Shown here in pieces: positions 60,287 through 64,000 of a stretch of 64,000 nt of DNA (position 1 is its first letter; every line of letters starts with the position of its first letter). Made by a program: the position numbers and the translations under genes. The DNA lies in assembly GCA_964531785.1 (NCBI GenBank), contig CAZHFF010000001.1, positions 84,338 through 148,337 on the forward strand, read 5' to 3'. The notes below the pieces were generated by a model. The model saw only the letters and a program-made list of their open reading frames with translations. It was not told where the DNA came from and did no database searches. This DNA comes from an uncultured Candidatus Saccharibacteria bacterium. GTDB lineage: Bacteria > Patescibacteriota > Minisyncoccia > Phycocordibacterales > UBA12088.

Positions 60287-60889
60287 CTACGTAAGTCGCT
60301 TGCGAATATCTTCTCGCTGTAAGAAAAATTGTACAGGATAAGTTATTTCTTTGGGGATGTGGTCAACTGTAAACCAATCATATCTTGCTCCTTCCTCATC
60401 AAGCTTTACATCTTTTATGGTTGTGTGTGCAAGATACAAATACCAGTAATGAATGTCAGCTCCGCCGACGCATTCGTCTCCGGCAATCTCGCTTTCAAAT
60501 ACGAGTTCAGCATCAGGCACAATGATACCTACTTCTTCTTCGGTCTCGCGCAGAGCAGCTACCTTCGGATCTTCGCCGTTTGAAATATGTCCCGCGGGAA
60601 TGGTGTAGAGAAATGGATACTTCGTACGCAAAAAAAGCAGGAGTTCCTTTTTTTCATTTACCAGCAAAGTCCCTGCGCTGTAGTGTACCAATTCGTTCGC
60701 TTTGTTGAATGTCTGCATCATGCCTGGATCGTAGATTAACACCCGCGCATTGAGCTTTCCGCATACGCGACAGTGATACATGTTTCGCCCACTTTCTTTT
60801 GCTTTTTCCACATCAGTTGAACCACATACAAAACAATACTGTGTTTTTTGAGCAGGAAGTATTGGAGGAAATTGTGAGCGGTGAGTCAT
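60287..60889 (-). CDS. NUDIX hydrolase with N-terminal zinc ribbon
   Basis: CFVC...CRVC; Nudix box GHISNGEDPKVAALRETEEEVGI. Confidence 0.92.
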   Translation of the reverse strand: MTHRSQFPPILPAQKTQYCFVCGSTDVEKAKESGRNMYHCRVCGKLNARVLIYDPGMMQTFNKANELVHYSAGTLLVNEKKELLLFLRTKYPFLYTIPAGHISNGEDPKVAALRETEEEVGIIVPDAELVFESEIAGDECVGGADIHYWYLYLAHTTIKDVKLDEEGARYDWFTVDHIPKEITYPVQFFLQREDIRKRLT

Positions 60890-60993
60890 ATGCTCACTAT
60901 ACAGCGTCTTAAACAATATCATAGGGGTTCCAATTTCCTCACATCTCTCCCAAAATACGCAAAAACGAGCCTTATGAAAAAAGGCTCGTACAT

Positions 60994-61355
60994 GTGGACT
61001 TTTAGTAGCCTTTGCCCGAACCTATTTCGAGTCAAAGACCGACTAGAATCGCGCTTGCCCGTCCGTAGCCTTGGCGAAGGCGGGCGCCTCCACGGCTCCG
61101 CTGCGCTCCGCCGTCCCGCAAAACGTCCCCGTCCTTCTCCACTACGACGTAAACGACGGCGACGGGTGGGGCAGCAAAAACGAGCGAAGAACGGGGACGT
61201 TTCGCGAAAGAGCGGAGGACGAACGGAGGCGGTGCCAAGTGTGCCCGTAGGGCGCACTTGGCAACGGCGGAGTGAGGACGGAGCGACGGAGGCTCGAGAT
61301 CATGCGGCGGTCTTTGACCCGAAGTAGGTTCGGGCAAAGGCTGCTAAAAGTCCAC
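60994..61355. repeat. 362-bp foldback (MITE-like) element with 48-bp terminal inverted repeats
   Basis: 60994-61041 matches the reverse complement of 61308-61355 at 45 of 48 positions; nested internal stems. Confidence 0.8.
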
Positions 61356-61407
61356 CGATTACGAAAACGTGCACGCGATCAGCGTGCACGTTTTCGTAAT
61401 CGGTGGA
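61351..61407. terminator. Perfect 26-bp palindrome overlapping the tmRNA 3' end
   Basis: TCCACCGATTACGAAAACGTGCACGC-gatca-GCGTGCACGTTTTCGTAATCGGTGGA. Confidence 0.7.
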
Positions 61408-61811
61408 GATGGCGGGTATCGAACCCGCGTCCAACGAGAATTCTGAGAAATGCTCTACAGGTTTAGACTGTTTTTTCCGCGCAAGGCGGATCCAAGAAGG
61501 GTAGGGCGAAACAGACAAAATCTACCCGTCCGGCCATGCTTGGTCTCGATGTCTGTGGTGATGGTAACCGGTCGACGTCAGAGCCGAATGGTATTACACC
61601 GAGTTCCGCGTATCGGCGTCAAACGGAACCGATGGCAAGGCGTAACTGTTTAGGTTAGGCCATTGCGAAGCCAAGGTCTTTCATCTGGAAAGGTGAAAGG
61701 ATGGCCCGTGCGGTTTTTTCTGCACGTATCTTTTTCCAGAGTTTTACGACTTCCTGGAGGTCGACCTGCACATTTCAAAGAACGATCCCGCTGTCTAAGC
61801 CGGTCATCCCC
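61402..61811 (-). ncRNA. ssrA: tmRNA; tag peptide (A)AEKTARAILSPFQMKDLGFAMA
   Basis: 5' GGGGATG pairs with 3' CATCTCC-A-CC, with the G3:U alanine identity pair; T-arm GCGGGTTCGATACCCGC; resume context ATACGT-GCA; tag ORF 61723-61655; smpB nearby. Confidence 0.93.
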
Positions 61812-62024
61812 CTGGAAGATATGAATTTCTGTACTGTATCGTGCGGTGCAGTACGTATTCACATGCTCTAGGGAGCTGGCCAAACCTACATCACAAACAC
61901 AAAATTTCAAGCTCCAAACACATCAGGTCTCGTGTTCAGCGTTCTGGTGTGCGTATTGGGTCCAGAACACCAGTATTATACACGAAAGGGCCTTGTATCT
62001 CTTACATTCGGTCCTGTGAGTGGG

Positions 62025-62045
62025 GCGGGAGCGTAGCGCTCCCGC
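62025..62045. terminator. Hairpin downstream of the 62074..62520 gene
   Basis: GCGGGAGCG-tag-CGCTCCCGC. Confidence 0.5.
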
Positions 62046-62073
62046 ACGCTATTCTTTGGAGAGGCGCGGCGTA

Positions 62074-62520
62074 TTAGCCTTCTTCCTCCTCATCTTCATC
62101 GCATGTACACGGCAGCACGTGTTTGCCGCAGAGGCATGCGAACCAGGCCTCCGCCGGTTCGATGACGCCGCGGAGCATAGCGTACTCATCATCGTCAAGG
62201 ATCCGCGGTTCCTCGGCATCATAGCGGTCATCCGCGAATACTGCTCGCAGGAGCTGGTCCTGCACAACGTCGGGGTCCTCTGCAGAACCACGCGGTGGTC
62301 GGAGGAGCCCCTTGAGTTTCCTCGTGGCGTTCTTGACCTTTTTTAAGCGGGTCAAGCTGATGCCGACCTCGGCACCGCACGCGTGCGCGTACGCGACCGG
62401 ACGCTCTGCTGTGCCTTCAAAAACAGCAGTCGCAAGATACTGAAGCGCACGCTCGCGCGCTTCACCGTGCAGGGCGAGTTCGTCCACAGCACGGTCGCAA
62501 TTGGTGACGCAACAGTCCAT
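62074..62520 (-). CDS. Hypothetical Cys-rich protein
   Basis: AGGAGG SD before the ATG at 62520; Cys clusters CCVTNC and CLCGKHVLPCTC; acidic tail. Confidence 0.55.
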   Translation of the reverse strand: MDCCVTNCDRAVDELALHGEARERALQYLATAVFEGTAERPVAYAHACGAEVGISLTRLKKVKNATRKLKGLLRPPRGSAEDPDVVQDQLLRAVFADDRYDAEEPRILDDDEYAMLRGVIEPAEAWFACLCGKHVLPCTCDEDEEEEG

Positions 62521-62617
62521 AGAGACATTCCTCCTTTCTGGTACGGCCATTCCGTACCCTCTCACAAGATCGAATATGTAGCTGTAAAGGTTCAGTTCAA
62601 GTTCCCTCCGTACCTAC

Positions 62618-63073
62618 CTATCGCAGCCGTTGCTTGTGCTCGCGGCGCACCTCGCGTTCGACATCGCGGCGTTTGATATCCTCACGCTTGTCGTACTTCT
62701 TCTTACCGCGTGCTATCGCGAACTCGAGCTTGAGCCTGTTACTCCCACTATTGTACACCATAATAGGCACGTATGTCAACCCTTTCTGCGATTCCGCGCC
62801 GAGGAGCCGACTGAGCTCCTTCTTGGTAAGCAAAAGCCGCCTGGGGCGCTCGGCATCATATGCTTTCGCTGTATTGGCCGGCTGATAGGGCTCGATCGAG
62901 GCGTTCACGAGGTACGCTTCACCGCCGCGCACGATAACATGTGCACCCTCAAGCTTGCCGCGTCCCCTACGGAGACTCTTCACCTCGTGGCCCATGAGCT
63001 CGAGCCCTGCGCTGAACTTCTCGAGGAGCTCATAGTCCACTCCGGCCTTCTTGTTCCTTATCAACATGCTCAT
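62618..63073 (-). CDS. smpB: SsrA-binding protein
   Basis: NKKAGVDYELLEKFSAGLELMGHEVKSLR, RPRRLLLTKKEL, ARGKKKYDKRE. Start is at 63073 or 63067. Confidence 0.96.
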   Translation of the reverse strand: MSMLIRNKKAGVDYELLEKFSAGLELMGHEVKSLRRGRGKLEGAHVIVRGGEAYLVNASIEPYQPANTAKAYDAERPRRLLLTKKELSRLLGAESQKGLTYVPIMVYNSGSNRLKLEFAIARGKKKYDKREDIKRRDVEREVRREHKQRLR

Positions 63074-63118
63074 GGCTCCTTGAATATACCAGAAAACGTG
63101 GCGTGCTACGATAGACCT

Positions 63119-64000
63119 ATGGAGCAGCTCTGGGCCTTCTTTCTCGTTCTGTTTGTCGGCGTGTTCGCGAGCACGCTCCTGCGCCGGTTCCACGTCCCCT
63201 GGGTCGTTGCGCTCTTGGTTGCCGGCTCGCTCGTCGGCGGGCACGGGCTCGGGCTTGTGCCAAGGTCCGAGGTCATCACCGTCATCGCCGAGATCGGTCT
63301 CGTATTTCTCATGTTCATGGCGGGTCTCGAGACCCGACTCTCTTCGTTTGCGGCCTACACGCGGGATATCGCCACCCACGCGCTCTTTCATGCCGCTGTG
63401 CCGTTCTCGGTAGGTGTCGGACTTGCGTACCTGCTGTCGTTCACGTTCATCGAGGCGATCATTCTTGGCATCGTGCTTATGTCGAGTTCGGTCGCGGTGA
63501 TCGTGCCCGCGCTCGAGTCGGAAGGGATCATCGCGAGCAAGCTCGGCCGCATCATTGTTGCGTCGGCGATCCTCGTCGACGCGTTGTCGCTCATCGCACT
63601 TGCGGCGCTGCTCGATGTGCGCGCGGGCGGCATGCTCCTGCCTGCATACCTCTTCTACCCGCTCCTCGTCGGTGTCCTCGTGACGCTTCGGTGGACACTG
63701 CCGCGCGTTGAAACCTTGCTCGCAGGGAATAGCGGGCTGGTGGACGATCAGCCGGTGCGCGCCACGATAGCGATATCGCTCGGAACCGCGGTGCTGTTCA
63801 GCATACTGGGTCTCAACCCGATCCTCGGCGGGTTTTTCGCCGGTCTGGTCCTTTCTGACACCATCCGGGACCCCATCATCGTGGGTAAGCTCCATGCTGT
63901 GGCCTACGGCGTATTCATTCCGGCGTTCTTTGTTCACGTCGGGATGGAGACCGATCTTTTTGCGCTCACCGACCTCAACGCCGGACTCTGGTTCGCGCTC
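63119..64000 (+). CDS. Cation:proton antiporter (CPA2/Kef family), 3'-truncated by the window
   Basis: Not in the ORF track because it has no stop in the window. My translation: MEQLWAFFLVLFVG...AEIGLVFLMFMAGLE...SSVAVI...ILGGFFAGL. Confidence 0.9.
   Translation, partial: MEQLWAFFLVLFVGVFASTLLRRFHVPWVVALLVAGSLVGGHGLGLVPRSEVITVIAEIGLVFLMFMAGLETRLSSFAAYTRDIATHALFHAAVPFSVGVGLAYLLSFTFIEAIILGIVLMSSSVAVIVPALESEGIIASKLGRIIVASAILVDALSLIALAALLDVRAGGMLLPAYLFYPLLVGVLVTLRWTLPRVETLLAGNSGLVDDQPVRATIAISLGTAVLFSILGLNPILGGFFAGLVLSDTIRDPIIVGKLHAVAYGVFIPAFFVHVGMETDLFALTDLNAGLWFAL

Larger units (their letters stand above)
58792..61410. mobile_element. Integrase-less genomic islet at the tmRNA 3' end
   Basis: Exact 29-bp direct repeat at 58803-58831 and 61382-61410, including the last tmRNA bases; the cargo at 58840-60990 is visibly AT-richer than the flanks. 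Confidence 0.75.

Noticed and set aside
58792-61410. Prophage or autonomous integrative element
   Set aside because: Only 2.6 kb, with no integrase, transposase or phage gene.
63074-63937. Apparent 288-aa N-terminal extension of SmpB
   Set aside because: It is the antisense shadow of the plus-strand antiporter starting at 63119. SmpB has its own -10 box and SD near 63075-63090.

Overview
GC-rich bacterial window read in standard genetic code 11. The gene content and architecture suggest a Patescibacteria (CPR, probably Parcubacteria-type) genome; this is an inference. Bases 1-30 kb hold a large cell-surface locus: a giant repetitive DUF2341-containing protein (5'-truncated by the window), an FN3 protein, a MacB/LolCDE-type ABC transporter, a secreted multi-Ig protein, a DUF916/WxL-interacting-like membrane protein, and four cohesin and/or dockerin proteins with no recognisable CAZyme domain. 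The giant protein and the multi-Ig protein share a homologous C-terminal domain, and two proteins start with a similar orphan N-terminal beta-strand. I propose a donor-strand-assembled fibre anchored by cohesin-dockerin pairs as the best candidate for an undescribed system. The rest is housekeeping and metabolism: P-type ATPase, trehalase, pyrD, a glycerate kinase-ppsA-hydroxyacid dehydrogenase-eno cluster, nrdJ, a short smc, cyclophilin, rnr, ahpC, pcm, a pseudouridine synthase, smpB and tmRNA. Non-coding signals include an AT-rich islet at the tmRNA 3' end (NUDIX plus phosphodiester glycosidase-like genes, bounded by direct and inverted repeats), a 362-bp foldback element, a candidate sRNA with its own promoter and terminator, a dispersed heptamer-periodic inverted-repeat family, and 13 genes with a -10 box exactly 6 nt before the ATG (leaderless architecture). 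I saw no rRNA, tRNA, CRISPR array or integrase. All domain calls come from motif recognition by eye, not database searches.
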